A stretch of 64,000 bases of DNA. It comes from a virus. Both the position numbers and the translations under genes were made by a program. The stretch covers positions 1 to 64,000 of the IMG/VR virus record IMGVR_UViG_3300045976_000096. One strand, given 5' to 3'. Under the pieces are notes generated by a model, which had not been told where the DNA came from, made no database searches, and saw only the letters and a list, made by a program, of their open reading frames with translations. Below, piece by piece: positions 1 through 10,273 of the stretch (its first letter is position 1; the number at the start of each line of letters is the position of its first letter).

Positions 1-4
1 TTCC

Positions 5-1125
5 TTGTCCGCAATGCAGATCACTGGACAGCTTACGAGTGCGCAGATTGCCTCGTTGCATGCCAGTCAGATCGCCGGAGCATTAACCAGTAACCAGATT
101 TCGTCGCTGTCAGCTTCCCAAATCGTAGGGGCATTAACCAGCGCACAGATTGCCTCGGTTGACGCCACCAAACTGATCGGTCAAGTTACGTCGGCTCAAG
201 TGGCGTCTTTAGCTGCTACGCAGATCACCGGACAATTGACCTCAGCACAGATCGCATCACTACAAGCAAATCAGATCACTGGTCAGCTCTCTAGTGCTCA
301 GATTTCCTCACTTAGTGCAAGCCAGATCGCGGGTGCCTTGACCAGCGCGCAGATAGCGTCGATGGACGTGACCAAACTGGTAGGTCAGATCACAAGCACA
401 CAAATCACTGATGGCTCAGTCACAACCGCTAAGATTGGTGCTGGTCAGGTAACGGCAGCTAAAATTCTCGCAGGCACAATCACAGGTAATGAGGTCGCTG
501 CCAACACGATCACTGCTGCTAATATTCTGACCAGAACCATCACCGCTGCACAGATCGCCGCAGGCACGGTAACCGCCAATGAGATTGCAGCGCGTACTAT
601 TGCCGCAAACAATATCATTGCTGGAGCTATCACGGGCAATGAGATTGCGGCCAATACCATTACGGCTGCAAACATCTACGCTCGTACTATCACGGCAGCA
701 CAAATCCTGGCGGGCACGATCACGGCCAACGAGATCGCAGCCCGCACCATCGTGGCTGGTAATTTGGTAGCTGGCACGATCACGGCCAACGAGATCGCGG
801 CCAACACGATCACCGCAGCCAAGATTGCCGCCAACACGATCACGGCAGGGCAGATCGCCGCCAATACCATCACCAGCGCGCAGATTGCCGCCAACACGAT
901 CACGGCTGGTCAAATCGCAGCAAACACGATTACTTCGGCCCAGATTGCCGCCAACACGATCACGGCTGGTCAAATCGCTGCGGGGGCTATCGGAACTTCG
1001 CAACTTGCAGCAGGAGCCATTACCGCCACCCAGATCGCTTCGCGTACGATCACTGCCACACAAATTCAGGCAGGTGCCATCACGGCCAACGAGATTGCCG
1101 CAAATACCATCACCGCCGCGCAAAT
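5..1125 (+). repeat. Coding tandem repeats (about 51-bp units, then 30-bp units) in the tail fibre
   Basis: e.g. GCCAACACGATCAC recurs at 30-60 bp spacing around 780-970. Confidence 0.9.
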
Positions 1126-4100
1126 CTGGTCCGGCTACGTGTACACGGGCACGCTGAATGCCAACCAGATCACGGTGGGCAAGTTGTCCGCCAGCCAGAT
1201 CGACACGCAGAGTATCGTGGTGGACGATACGATGGCCACCGCGCTCAACAGCGCGGCCTCCACTTCGACCTGGGCGGGTGTATCCGGCACCGGCAAGCCC
1301 GCCGATAACGCCACCGCGACCTATCGTCAGGGCACGCGCCCGGTCGCACAAATCGCAGGCGACCAGTGGGTCGACACCGGGACGACCAACCTCGCCCAGT
1401 ATTCCGAGACGCTGCTCAACGCGGTCTACGTGTTGGAGAACGCAACCAAGTCTGCCACCACGCCACCGGATGGAATTTCGTCCGCGATCAAGCTGGTCGA
1501 GTCGACTGCGGCAACCACGCATGACCTGTATCAGGCATACACCGGAGCAAGTGGTGCCACCTACAGTTCAAGCTACCTGGCGAAAGCGGGCGAACGCACC
1601 GCGCTGCGTCTGACGCTGGCGAGCAGCGGCTTTACCAACGGTGGCGAGGCATATTTTGACCTGAACACTGGCACCGTCATCAGTTCGGCTAATAGGGGCA
1701 CGGGCACCAACACCACGGCCGCGATTTATCCGTACGGGAATGGCTGGTACTGGTGCACTGTCACGACCAAGCCAAACTTTGCTGGCTCTATCTACGCGGG
1801 CGCGATCTGCTCTATTGGCACGAATTCTACCTATACGGGCAACGGCACCAGTGGTGTCTACCTGGCGGCGCACCAGTTCGAGGCGCAGGCTGGGATGGGT
1901 AGTTACGTCGCAACGACTGGCACCAGCGCGGCGAACAACCTCGGCAACAACACGGCCTACGTGTGGGATGGCAGTCAGTGGGCGCTGGCATCGACCATCT
2001 GGAGCGCGATCCCCGGCACCGGAAAGCCAGCCGATAACGCCTCGGCCGACATCGTACTGGTGGCCGGTGGTCCAGCGGTTGTGTCGAGCAACACCATTAC
2101 CAAACCTTCCGCGACTGTGCCCACCATCACGAACGGCACGTTTGCGTCCAACTTGAACGGCTGGACAACGTCCGGTTCGGTCGCATGGTCATCCGGTATC
2201 GCCCAGCTCACGCCGAATGGCTCCAATGGTGCCGCGTCCCTGAGCCAGCCGATCGCCACCGTGCCCGGCCGGACCTACTCGGTCACGTTTGACATCTTGA
2301 CTGGACCTCTCATTGTTGTCGTGGGCACGGCCAACGGTGGTAACGACCTGTACAACTCGACCAGCGCCCTGACGCAGCCAGGCACGGGACGCAACTTCAC
2401 GTTCACGGCGACCACCACAACGTCGTACCTCATGTTCACCCGCACGGCAGCAGGCACCTATGGCGTCGACAACGTGTCGATTACGGAAGCCTGGGACAGC
2501 GGCGCCTACAGCAAGGATTCGTTCACGGGCGGCGCCTACGCATCGGCGTCGCCACAGGACGCCACACACTCGCTGATGTTTGGCCTGAACTCGGCGGGCG
2601 ATCTGACCGACAACAGTTACATCACGCTGGACTACGCGATCTATCTGCGCAGCGATGGCACCATCCTCGTCTACGAGAATGGCGCGCAGGTCGGTGGCAC
2701 CTACGGCTCGTACGTAGGCGGCGACGTGTTCGCGGTGGCCTATGACGGCTCCGGGGTGGACTACCTGAAGAACGGCACCATCTTCTACACCTCAACCTCC
2801 ACTGCGTCGAAGACCGCAGGTCAAGTGCTGTTCTTCGACAGCTCGTTCGCCACGTCGGGTGGCAAGCTGAACAACGTCCGCTTCGGCCCGATGTCATCGA
2901 ACAACTGGGTGAACATCGGTGGCACCGGTAAACCGGCTGACAATGCCACCGTTGGCGCCGACGCCACCAACCTGAACGTGACGATTGGCGGCGACAACTT
3001 GACCAACAACTCGTCGTTCGAGACGGTTGCCAGCGGCACGATCGCCGATGGCTGGAGCATCTATAACGGCGGCGGCGCATCCGAGACCACGACGGCGTAC
3101 AAGGCCACCGGCCGAACGGGCGGCAACGCCCAGGGCATTTCGTGGACCACCAACCACACGGCATCGAAGGGCATCCATGGACAGATCAATACTGCCGGTT
3201 GGATGCCGGGCAAGACGTACACGGTATCCTTCTGGGCCATGAGCACGAGCGTGCCGACGCCTGCCACGCTGCTGCTCGCCTGGAATACGTCCCCGACTAC
3301 GACAGTCTATGTCTCGAACCCGTCGCTGTCCGGTTCGTGGCAGCGCTACATCTTCCGCATTACCTGGGGCGCCAGCGTCGAGGCTGGTGGTCACGGCTAC
3401 GTCACGGTTGCCTATGGCTCGGGCGCCGGTAACGTCATCTTCGATGACTTCATGGTGTGCGAAGGCGACGTTGCTCCCGCCTACTACCCGAGTACGAACG
3501 AGGCTGCCACTAACGCCTCGACCGCGCTGTCGACCCTGAACGATCCGACCACCGGCCTGGCCCAGCGCATGCGCGCCAACACGGCCAACGTGCTCAGTGG
3601 CGGCGCCGGCTTCACGGCCGGTTCGCTAACCTACGACGCCACGACGGGCAACCGCACTGGCGGCTATGGCCTGATGATGAACAAGAACGGCATCGTCGCG
3701 TATAACAGCAGCGGCGTGAATACCATCACCATCAACGGCTCCACGGGTGCGGTCAGCATGCGCTCGGCCACGATCCTGGCCGACGACGGCACCGTGCTGC
3801 TGGCTTCCGGCAGCAGCCTGGCCCAGCAGACCTCGACCAACCCGAACCTGTGCCCGGCCCCGATCGGCATGACGATGTATAGTCCGGCCGCTGGGTATCG
3901 TAATGGTGACATTCGTTTTGGTGACGGCCAGTACGTGTCGATCCCGGCAACTTCCGATTCGTCCTACTGTGGCGTCGAGTCGCCAGCGCTGGGTATTCCG
4001 GCGAACATGGGTTCCCAGTACACCGTCAGCTTCGATGCCTATTGCACCTCTGCTGGCCGCGTGCTGAACGTGGACGTGGTCAACGACAGCGACTACGACA

Positions 4101-4909
4101 GCGCCGGTATCTCGGTGGCGTTGACCACGACGATGACGCGCTACTCGTTCACCGAAACGGCTCTGGCCAATGCCAATGCACCGCTCTGTCGTCTGCGCAT
4201 GTTCACGCAAGCTGCGGGTGGTGGCACCATCATCATCTCGAACATCAAGGTCGAGCTTGGCAACAAGGTCACGCCGTGGTGTGACTCGATCGTCACACCA
4301 GCCAACGCCTCGACCTACATCAAATCGGCCGCTATTGGACTTGCCCAGATCAATACAGCAAGCATTGGCTCCCTGGCGGCCCTCAGTGGTGTGGTGGGCA
4401 ACGTCGGCCTGGACAACGGCAGAATCAATAGCGGCCAGACGGGCTACGACAGCGGCAATGGCTTCTGGCTGGAGGGGGCTGGCAGTGGACACGGTGCACG
4501 CATGAGCCTGGGTAATTCCAGCGGTGCCAAGTTCCTGTGCGACCCCAGCAATGGCGTGCTGGGCCTGTACAACGCCGTCGTGATCAACACGTCGTTCTCG
4601 GTATCGACTGCCAACCTGTCGCCGCGTAGCCTGGCCAACAACCAGACCTATAACGGCACGATCACGCCAACCATCACCGGAGGCAGCGGCAATTACGCAT
4701 ACCAGTGGAGTCTTTCCAACGATGACGGCAGCAACAACATCAAGATGACCTCGGGACCGGGCGACTCCACACTGAAGGTTTCGGCTATCGGTAACAATGT
4801 TTTCTATTCGGGTCGGGGTGCTCTAACCTTGCGTGACTTGAACACGGGCGCCATCGCCTCGTGCACGGTCACGATCACCATTCAATTCGGCACGGGACAA
4901 CCAACATAA
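5..4909 (+). CDS. Long tail fibre / receptor-binding protein, 5'-truncated by the window edge
   Basis: N-terminal 17-aa (LTSAQIASLxAxQITGQ) and 10-aa (ITAAQIAANT) repeats, then Gly/Ser/Thr-rich beta modules separated by a repeated WxxxxGTGKPADNA linker; lies in the tail gene block. Confidence 0.85.
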   Translation: MSAMQITGQLTSAQIASLHASQIAGALTSNQISSLSASQIVGALTSAQIASVDATKLIGQVTSAQVASLAATQITGQLTSAQIASLQANQITGQLSSAQISSLSASQIAGALTSAQIASMDVTKLVGQITSTQITDGSVTTAKIGAGQVTAAKILAGTITGNEVAANTITAANILTRTITAAQIAAGTVTANEIAARTIAANNIIAGAITGNEIAANTITAANIYARTITAAQILAGTITANEIAARTIVAGNLVAGTITANEIAANTITAAKIAANTITAGQIAANTITSAQIAANTITAGQIAANTITSAQIAANTITAGQIAAGAIGTSQLAAGAITATQIASRTITATQIQAGAITANEIAANTITAAQIWSGYVYTGTLNANQITVGKLSASQIDTQSIVVDDTMATALNSAASTSTWAGVSGTGKPADNATATYRQGTRPVAQIAGDQWVDTGTTNLAQYSETLLNAVYVLENATKSATTPPDGISSAIKLVESTAATTHDLYQAYTGASGATYSSSYLAKAGERTALRLTLASSGFTNGGEAYFDLNTGTVISSANRGTGTNTTAAIYPYGNGWYWCTVTTKPNFAGSIYAGAICSIGTNSTYTGNGTSGVYLAAHQFEAQAGMGSYVATTGTSAANNLGNNTAYVWDGSQWALASTIWSAIPGTGKPADNASADIVLVAGGPAVVSSNTITKPSATVPTITNGTFASNLNGWTTSGSVAWSSGIAQLTPNGSNGAASLSQPIATVPGRTYSVTFDILTGPLIVVVGTANGGNDLYNSTSALTQPGTGRNFTFTATTTTSYLMFTRTAAGTYGVDNVSITEAWDSGAYSKDSFTGGAYASASPQDATHSLMFGLNSAGDLTDNSYITLDYAIYLRSDGTILVYENGAQVGGTYGSYVGGDVFAVAYDGSGVDYLKNGTIFYTSTSTASKTAGQVLFFDSSFATSGGKLNNVRFGPMSSNNWVNIGGTGKPADNATVGADATNLNVTIGGDNLTNNSSFETVASGTIADGWSIYNGGGASETTTAYKATGRTGGNAQGISWTTNHTASKGIHGQINTAGWMPGKTYTVSFWAMSTSVPTPATLLLAWNTSPTTTVYVSNPSLSGSWQRYIFRITWGASVEAGGHGYVTVAYGSGAGNVIFDDFMVCEGDVAPAYYPSTNEAATNASTALSTLNDPTTGLAQRMRANTANVLSGGAGFTAGSLTYDATTGNRTGGYGLMMNKNGIVAYNSSGVNTITINGSTGAVSMRSATILADDGTVLLASGSSLAQQTSTNPNLCPAPIGMTMYSPAAGYRNGDIRFGDGQYVSIPATSDSSYCGVESPALGIPANMGSQYTVSFDAYCTSAGRVLNVDVVNDSDYDSAGISVALTTTMTRYSFTETALANANAPLCRLRMFTQAAGGGTIIISNIKVELGNKVTPWCDSIVTPANASTYIKSAAIGLAQINTASIGSLAALSGVVGNVGLDNGRINSGQTGYDSGNGFWLEGAGSGHGARMSLGNSSGAKFLCDPSNGVLGLYNAVVINTSFSVSTANLSPRSLANNQTYNGTITPTITGGSGNYAYQWSLSNDDGSNNIKMTSGPGDSTLKVSAIGNNVFYSGRGALTLRDLNTGAIASCTVTITIQFGTGQPT

Positions 4910-5517
4910 TGCTCAAGTCTTACCTAATGGTCCGCGAGGCGGACAATATGATCCTCGGTACTCTGTTGCAGGACGACCAGGACGCTGGCCCGATCATGCC
5001 CCAACACCCGCCAGAAGATGGCGTGGCGCTGGTCTGGCTCGACGTGGAATTCACACGCGCGGGGCGCTCGGACACGGAGGTGGCATACCTGATCGATGGC
5101 GAGATCGCCTGGGTCGAGACCAAGCCGCTGGATACCTCCATTGCTGACGCGATCAATGCCATCGATGGCGCGGCCGACGCCCTGCGCCTGAGAGTGATCG
5201 CGCGGCAGACCAACACGGAGGAGTACAAAAGGTCTGAGGCGCAAGCGCGCTCGTTCAAGGCGGCAGGATACCCAGCCGATGATGTGCCGTCATGTGTCGC
5301 CAGCTGGGCCAAGGCCAAGTACCGCCAGGGCTGGACGGCGCAACAAGCGGCAGACGACATCATCGCGACTGCGGATCGCTGGTACGGCGTGCTGGATGCG
5401 ATCCGCGAGTTGAGACTGTGCGCCAAGGAGGACGTGCGCCACGCCGCGACACATGATGAAGTCCGCGCGCGCACCGACCAGTTTGACGCCGATTTGCAAA
5501 GCCTCATGGCGCAGTGA
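4909..5517 (+). CDS. Putative tail fibre assembly/chaperone protein
   Basis: TAATG overlap with fibre gene; EYxxxEAQARxFKAAGY...VxSWA...AAxDI pattern typical of fibre-associated proteins. Confidence 0.6.
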   Translation: MLKSYLMVREADNMILGTLLQDDQDAGPIMPQHPPEDGVALVWLDVEFTRAGRSDTEVAYLIDGEIAWVETKPLDTSIADAINAIDGAADALRLRVIARQTNTEEYKRSEAQARSFKAAGYPADDVPSCVASWAKAKYRQGWTAQQAADDIIATADRWYGVLDAIRELRLCAKEDVRHAATHDEVRARTDQFDADLQSLMAQ

Positions 5518-5524
5518 CCGTATC

Positions 5525-5544
5525 AGTCACTACTGACTTATGAT
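5525..5544 (+). promoter_or_regulatory. Palindrome abutting a -10
   Basis: AGTCActacTGACT-TATGAT. Confidence 0.75.
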
Positions 5545-5573
5545 AGACTGCCTGTAATTTCACCAGAGGATAT

Positions 5574-6251
5574 ATGGCACAGATCAAGAAAACCTGCTCC
5601 GTCACGAATGGCGCGCCGACCGTGACGGTGACGGGCGACCAGACGGCGCGCATCAAGGCGAATACCATCTTCATGGTGGATACCGAACTGGTGCCCTATT
5701 TCGTCGCCATCAACTCGACCTACAGCGCCGGCGCAGACCTGACCACGGTCACACTGACCGGCAATTATCAGGGTCCGACCAATACCACCGCCACAGGCGT
5801 GTTCTCGGTCGATGCCACCTACCCGAACATGATTCCGACCATCGCGCAGGGCGATGTCGGCACGGCCGCGGTATTCACTGCCGCCATGAACCGTATCCAG
5901 ACCTTGCTCACGGCTGCCGACAACAGCGTGCTGCCGATCACAAAGTACTTTCAGAGCGCCGACCAGACGGTCACGCCGGCCGCGCTGTACACGCTGGCGC
6001 ATGGCATGGGCGCGGCGCCCAAGCTGGTGCAGGCTTATCTGAAGTGCATGACGGCAGAGTTCGGCTACGCGGTGGGCGACACCATCCCGGCCGACATCTT
6101 CACCGACATGTCGGTCACGTCCGACGCCACCAACCTGTCGGTGCGCATGACCTCCGCGTCGACGCCGCTGGCCGCCCTGAACAAGACCACCGGCGCCACC
6201 GTCACGCTGACCAACGCCAACTGGAAGTTTTTCATTCGCGCCTACGCATAA
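5574..6251 (+). CDS. Tail/virion structural protein
   Basis: GAGGA RBS; Thr-rich beta protein, LAHGMGAAP motif; context. Confidence 0.6.
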   Translation: MAQIKKTCSVTNGAPTVTVTGDQTARIKANTIFMVDTELVPYFVAINSTYSAGADLTTVTLTGNYQGPTNTTATGVFSVDATYPNMIPTIAQGDVGTAAVFTAAMNRIQTLLTAADNSVLPITKYFQSADQTVTPAALYTLAHGMGAAPKLVQAYLKCMTAEFGYAVGDTIPADIFTDMSVTSDATNLSVRMTSASTPLAALNKTTGATVTLTNANWKFFIRAYA

Positions 6252-6263
6252 GGAGAGTTGGGC

Positions 6264-6800
6264 ATGGACTATCAGCAGGCCAGGGACCAGATTCGCACCG
6301 GCGACTTGATCGGTGTGCGCGACGCCCACGGCATTCTCGGGCGCCTCACCATGTTCTTCACCCGCAAGCCCTACACCCACACCGGCGTGGCGGTGTGGTG
6401 CGGCGGGCACCTGTTCATGGCCGATCTGAATTCGGGCCGCAACCACCTGACCGCGCTGTCCCAGCTCACGTCCTTCGACGTGTGCCGGCTGCCGGATGGC
6501 CTGGACCGCACCTGCGTCGAGCGCGCCATCTTCGACTGGCTGGCCGAACCGATCAATTACGGCTTTGCCGCCTTCGTCGTGATCGGCCTGCGCTGCTTCC
6601 TCGGCCTCAAGACCTTCATCCACTGGCGCAAGATCGTGGTGTGCTCGGGCGGCAGCGTCTCGATCTTCGAGCTGGCGGCGCGCTATATGCAAAGCATGGG
6701 CCTGCCGGTGCCATCCAAATGGCTGGACCACAACCGCATGCTCTCGCCCGGCGAGCTGGTCGAGGAGCTGGGGCCGCCGGTACTGGAAGTGCGCCCTTGA
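6264..6800 (+). CDS. Permuted papain-like (YiiX/YebB-type NlpC/P60) protein
   Basis: GDLI...YTHTGVA...Y...VCS...SPGEL motif order (His before Cys). Confidence 0.7.
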   Translation: MDYQQARDQIRTGDLIGVRDAHGILGRLTMFFTRKPYTHTGVAVWCGGHLFMADLNSGRNHLTALSQLTSFDVCRLPDGLDRTCVERAIFDWLAEPINYGFAAFVVIGLRCFLGLKTFIHWRKIVVCSGGSVSIFELAARYMQSMGLPVPSKWLDHNRMLSPGELVEELGPPVLEVRP

Positions 6801-6825
6801 AAATAAGTCAGCGGTGACATATAAT
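6797..6825 (+). promoter_or_regulatory. Sigma70-type promoter with the AGTCA-N4-TGAC palindrome in its spacer
   Basis: TTGAAA-17 bp-TATAAT; spacer contains AGTCAgcggTGACA (6806-6819). Confidence 0.85.
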
Positions 6826-6849
6826 TGGACGCTTCTATAAGGACAGAGC

Positions 6850-7206
6850 ATGAGTATTGAAGTTGCCACCATTGCCTTGAAAATGTATCAGGGTGGAACC
6901 TTTCGCGAAGGCTTCGTCTACAAGAACCGCCTGAAAAAGCCTTATGACCTGACCGGCTACCGCGCCCGCATGCAGGTGCGCGACGCCGCCGGCGCCCTGA
7001 TTGCAGACCTGACCACCGAAAACGGCGGCATCACGCTCGGCGGCGTCGCCGGCACGATCGACCTGTACGTGTCCGACGAGGACACCGCCGTCATGTCGTT
7101 CACCACGGCGCAATACGACCTGTTCCTGTTGGCGCCCAACGGCGATGCAATCCCGATCATCGCCGGCAAGGTAACGCTCACGAAAGGACAGACCAAAAAT
7201 GCCTGA
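6850..7206 (+). CDS. Virion structural protein (baseplate-like Ig-type domain)
   Basis: QGGTF...PYDLTGYRARMQVR...YDL pattern common in phage tail genes. Confidence 0.6.
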   Translation: MSIEVATIALKMYQGGTFREGFVYKNRLKKPYDLTGYRARMQVRDAAGALIADLTTENGGITLGGVAGTIDLYVSDEDTAVMSFTTAQYDLFLLAPNGDAIPIIAGKVTLTKGQTKNA

Positions 7207-7669
7207 CATCATTTTGCAGACCGTCGAACGCATCGACGTCATCACGCAAGGCACGCAAGGCCTGCCCGGCATCCAGGGGCAGCGCGGCCTGCCAGGCCCG
7301 CCCGGTGGCGCCACGCTGGAGTACATCGCCGGCATCGCCATCGGCGGGCACCGCGCTGTCATTCTGGATGGCAACGGCAAGTTGGCCTACGCCGACGCCG
7401 CCAACCTGGCACATCTTGGACGCATCATCGGCATCACGGTTGTGGCCGTCGACGCCGACGCTTCGTGCCAGGTGCAGAACTTTGATCAGCTCGACGAGCC
7501 ATCGTGGAATTGGGACACGAGCAAACCTGTGTACCTCGGCCTCAATGGCGTATTGACCCAGCAGGTGCCGGCACTGCCTGGCGCCAAATTCTCGATGGTT
7601 GTGGGGTTTCCCATTTCCAGCACCTCCCTGTTCGTGAATCTGCGCGAACCGATCATTCTTTCCGCTTAA
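7199..7669 (+). CDS. Virion protein with short collagen-like (GXY)n segment
   Basis: QGTQGLPGIQGQRGLPGPPG; VYLGxNGxLT motif. Confidence 0.65.
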   Translation: MPDIILQTVERIDVITQGTQGLPGIQGQRGLPGPPGGATLEYIAGIAIGGHRAVILDGNGKLAYADAANLAHLGRIIGITVVAVDADASCQVQNFDQLDEPSWNWDTSKPVYLGLNGVLTQQVPALPGAKFSMVVGFPISSTSLFVNLREPIILSA

Positions 7670-7680
7670 AGGAGTAGTAA

Positions 7681-8277
7681 ATGGGCACCGCCTCCACCAA
7701 GAAATTCATCAAGAACCTCGCCGGCGCACTGACCGAAGAAGCCGCGCTGACCACGTCGGCCGGCGCCGCCGATTCTGGCGCCATTCCGGCGCTGAACGCC
7801 AGCGGCGTGCTGGACCCGACCCTGCTGAATGCCAGCGTCACGTCGGCCGCCAACAAGATCGTTCAGCTGGACGGTAGTGGCCGTCTGGACCCGACGGTCA
7901 TGCCGACCGGTATTGGCGCCGACACCGCCGCTATCATCGCGTCCGAAAACCTGGCTGCCGGCGACTACGTCAACGTGTTCGACGCCGGCGCGGGTGTGTT
8001 CAAGGTGCGCAAGGCTGACGCCACCGTGGCAGGCAAGCACGCCATGGGCTTCGTCCTCGCCGCCGTGTCCCTCGGCAACAGCGCCACGGTCTACTTCGAG
8101 GGTACGAACACCCAGGTCACGGGCCAAGCACCGGGCGACGTATTCCTGCAGACCACCGCCGGCAAGGGTGCCGCCACCGTACCAAGCGCGTCGGGCAACA
8201 TCGTGCAAAACATCGGTTTCGCCGTATCGGCCACCGCCGTCAACTTCCAGGCGAATCGCCCGATCACGCTGGCTTAA
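7681..8277 (+). CDS. Virion structural/decoration protein
   Basis: AAGGAG RBS; ENLAAGDYVNVF...RKADA pattern; context. Confidence 0.6.
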   Translation: MGTASTKKFIKNLAGALTEEAALTTSAGAADSGAIPALNASGVLDPTLLNASVTSAANKIVQLDGSGRLDPTVMPTGIGADTAAIIASENLAAGDYVNVFDAGAGVFKVRKADATVAGKHAMGFVLAAVSLGNSATVYFEGTNTQVTGQAPGDVFLQTTAGKGAATVPSASGNIVQNIGFAVSATAVNFQANRPITLA

Positions 8278-8279
8278 TC

Positions 8280-8735
8280 ATGACGCCTGAACAGCTTGCC
8301 ATTCTGGCGTCCGAACTCAAAAACGATCCGGCAGGACTGGGCTACGCGGCCCACTTGCCGGACGACCCGACCCGAGTAGTCGAGCTGATGACGGCGCAGA
8401 TTACGACCATAACCGGACCGCTGCGATCCACCACGGCGAAAGCCTGGGCCGCAGCAGGTCCGTACGCACGCATCTACGACGCCAGCTTGGATGCTTCTCA
8501 CCCGTGCCGCGCTTCATGTCTGGTTATTCGCGAATCGTTCTCGTGCGGCGACTTGATTCATCTGGAAGACCCGCGACTGCAGGCCATGTTTGCCAAGTGG
8601 GCCGAGAACAACATCATTACCGACGCCGAGTACGCTGAATTGTACGAACTGGCCAAAGTGCCAGCATCGCGTGTCGACGTGCTCGGAATTCTCACCCCGA
8701 CCAACCGGGACATCACCGACGCATGGAGTAAATAA
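8280..8735 (+). CDS. Hypothetical virion-associated protein
   Basis: Tightly packed ORF in the structural operon. Confidence 0.6.
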   Translation: MTPEQLAILASELKNDPAGLGYAAHLPDDPTRVVELMTAQITTITGPLRSTTAKAWAAAGPYARIYDASLDASHPCRASCLVIRESFSCGDLIHLEDPRLQAMFAKWAENNIITDAEYAELYELAKVPASRVDVLGILTPTNRDITDAWSK

Positions 8736-9205
8736 TGGCCGGTACAATCAAATATCAGGAAGGTGCGTTGCTGACGGTCGGAGCCCCGGCCGTCTCTATC
8801 ACCAATGGTAGCGCCGTACTAGTGGGTACGCTCGATTGTCACTCTGGTGGCACCGCCGCCGACATGTTCGCGGCCCTCTTTAGCCTGTCCACACAATGGG
8901 CGACCACGACCGGCATTGCCGCTGGTACCACGGTTGCCGACCTGTATCTGGTCCCTGCGCTGGATGGCGTCAATTTCCCTGACATCGACACCACTACGGG
9001 TTCCAGCTACATCCCTTACACGATGCGCGCCGGCTCTTTCGTTTCGCCTAAAGCGCTGTCTGCGAACACGCCTTACCTGTTCCAGTCCGGGGTGGTGGAG
9101 CTGATGCCGGTACTGTACAACGTGTACATCATTAACAGGTCCGGCCAGACCATCTCCTCTGGTTGGAGTATGAAGGCTGTGGCAACTGCTGCCCAGTACA
9201 CATAA
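8735..9205 (+). CDS. Hypothetical virion-associated protein
   Basis: GGAG RBS, TAATG coupling. Confidence 0.6.
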   Translation: MAGTIKYQEGALLTVGAPAVSITNGSAVLVGTLDCHSGGTAADMFAALFSLSTQWATTTGIAAGTTVADLYLVPALDGVNFPDIDTTTGSSYIPYTMRAGSFVSPKALSANTPYLFQSGVVELMPVLYNVYIINRSGQTISSGWSMKAVATAAQYT

Positions 9206-10155
9206 TGACCTCCATGTTTGGACGAAGGGTCCGCACTTCGCAGCCGCAACAGGCGCCGCAGATCGATTGGAGCAATCCGATCACTGCGGGCCTGTCCTTC
9301 GCATACGTGTGCGCGAACGAGGCGATGGGGTATGGCGAGGACGGCCGCAGCGTCATTCAGTATCAGAGATCCGACGGGACGGTCGTCGGCAAGCAGGTCA
9401 ATACGCAGTCAGGGACAGGCGTCCAGCCGCTCTTGAGTAACAACTATGCATTCACGACCATCAACCCGTCGATCAATACGAGCAATTACAGCTTGTTCGC
9501 TGTCGCCACGGCAAACTCGACGAGCGTAATTCAAAATGCGCTGGACGACGATGACGGCTCGTCGCGCAAGTTCCAGTTCCGGCTGGCGAATGGCGTTTGC
9601 GGCATCAGCACATTCAACAGCGGGGGATCGGGCACGGGCTTCTACGTCCCGACCGCGCTGACATTGACGGAGATGAACCGGGGCTTTACGTTCGGCGCAT
9701 CGGTCACGTCGAGCAGGGTGACTGTATTCCAGAACAGCCAAAGGTTCTCGGCCGCAGCATCCGGCGTGGTCGCGCCGAACAACAATTTCTGGGTCGGCGC
9801 GCGCAAGGGTGGTAATCAGGTCTGGCTGACCGGCGGCATCATGCTTGTCGCTGCGTGGAATCGAACACTGACCGACGCCGAACAGCTATCCCTCGCGGAC
9901 AACCCCTGGCAGTTGTTCATGCCTGGCTTGCGCCGAGTGTTTGTTCCTGGTGTCCAGGTAAGTACCCAGCGTGCCCTGATCATGATTGGGGGTCAGGTCC
10001 AACAGATCGTTGACGCACTTGTTGGTTCCAACCAAAAGCCATTGGTCATGTATCAAGGTTACATTCGCGAGCGAACAACAATCGAAGGCACGCCTCTGAT
10101 TCTGGAAAATGGACGATTGCGAACGCTAAATCCGAACGAGGCGCTTTTGATCTGA
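9205..10155 (+). CDS. LamG/concanavalin-A-like lectin domain protein
   Basis: IDWSNPITAGL start; WNRTLTDAE...LADNPWQLF LamG-type C-terminal signature. Confidence 0.65.
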   Translation: MTSMFGRRVRTSQPQQAPQIDWSNPITAGLSFAYVCANEAMGYGEDGRSVIQYQRSDGTVVGKQVNTQSGTGVQPLLSNNYAFTTINPSINTSNYSLFAVATANSTSVIQNALDDDDGSSRKFQFRLANGVCGISTFNSGGSGTGFYVPTALTLTEMNRGFTFGASVTSSRVTVFQNSQRFSAAASGVVAPNNNFWVGARKGGNQVWLTGGIMLVAAWNRTLTDAEQLSLADNPWQLFMPGLRRVFVPGVQVSTQRALIMIGGQVQQIVDALVGSNQKPLVMYQGYIRERTTIEGTPLILENGRLRTLNPNEALLI

Positions 10156-10273
10156 AATAAGTCAGCAGTTATTTAACAAGCCCAACCTGTTTTCTGCTAG
10201 AATCGCCGGCAAACATCTTTGCGAGCGAATGACAAAGGATGATATGGACCACAACCTTCATCAAGGATTTGCA

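Noticed and set aside
780-970. 30-bp near-identical repeats as a possible CRISPR array or DGR template
   Set aside because: In-frame coding repeats without unique spacers; no cas or reverse transcriptase gene in the window.
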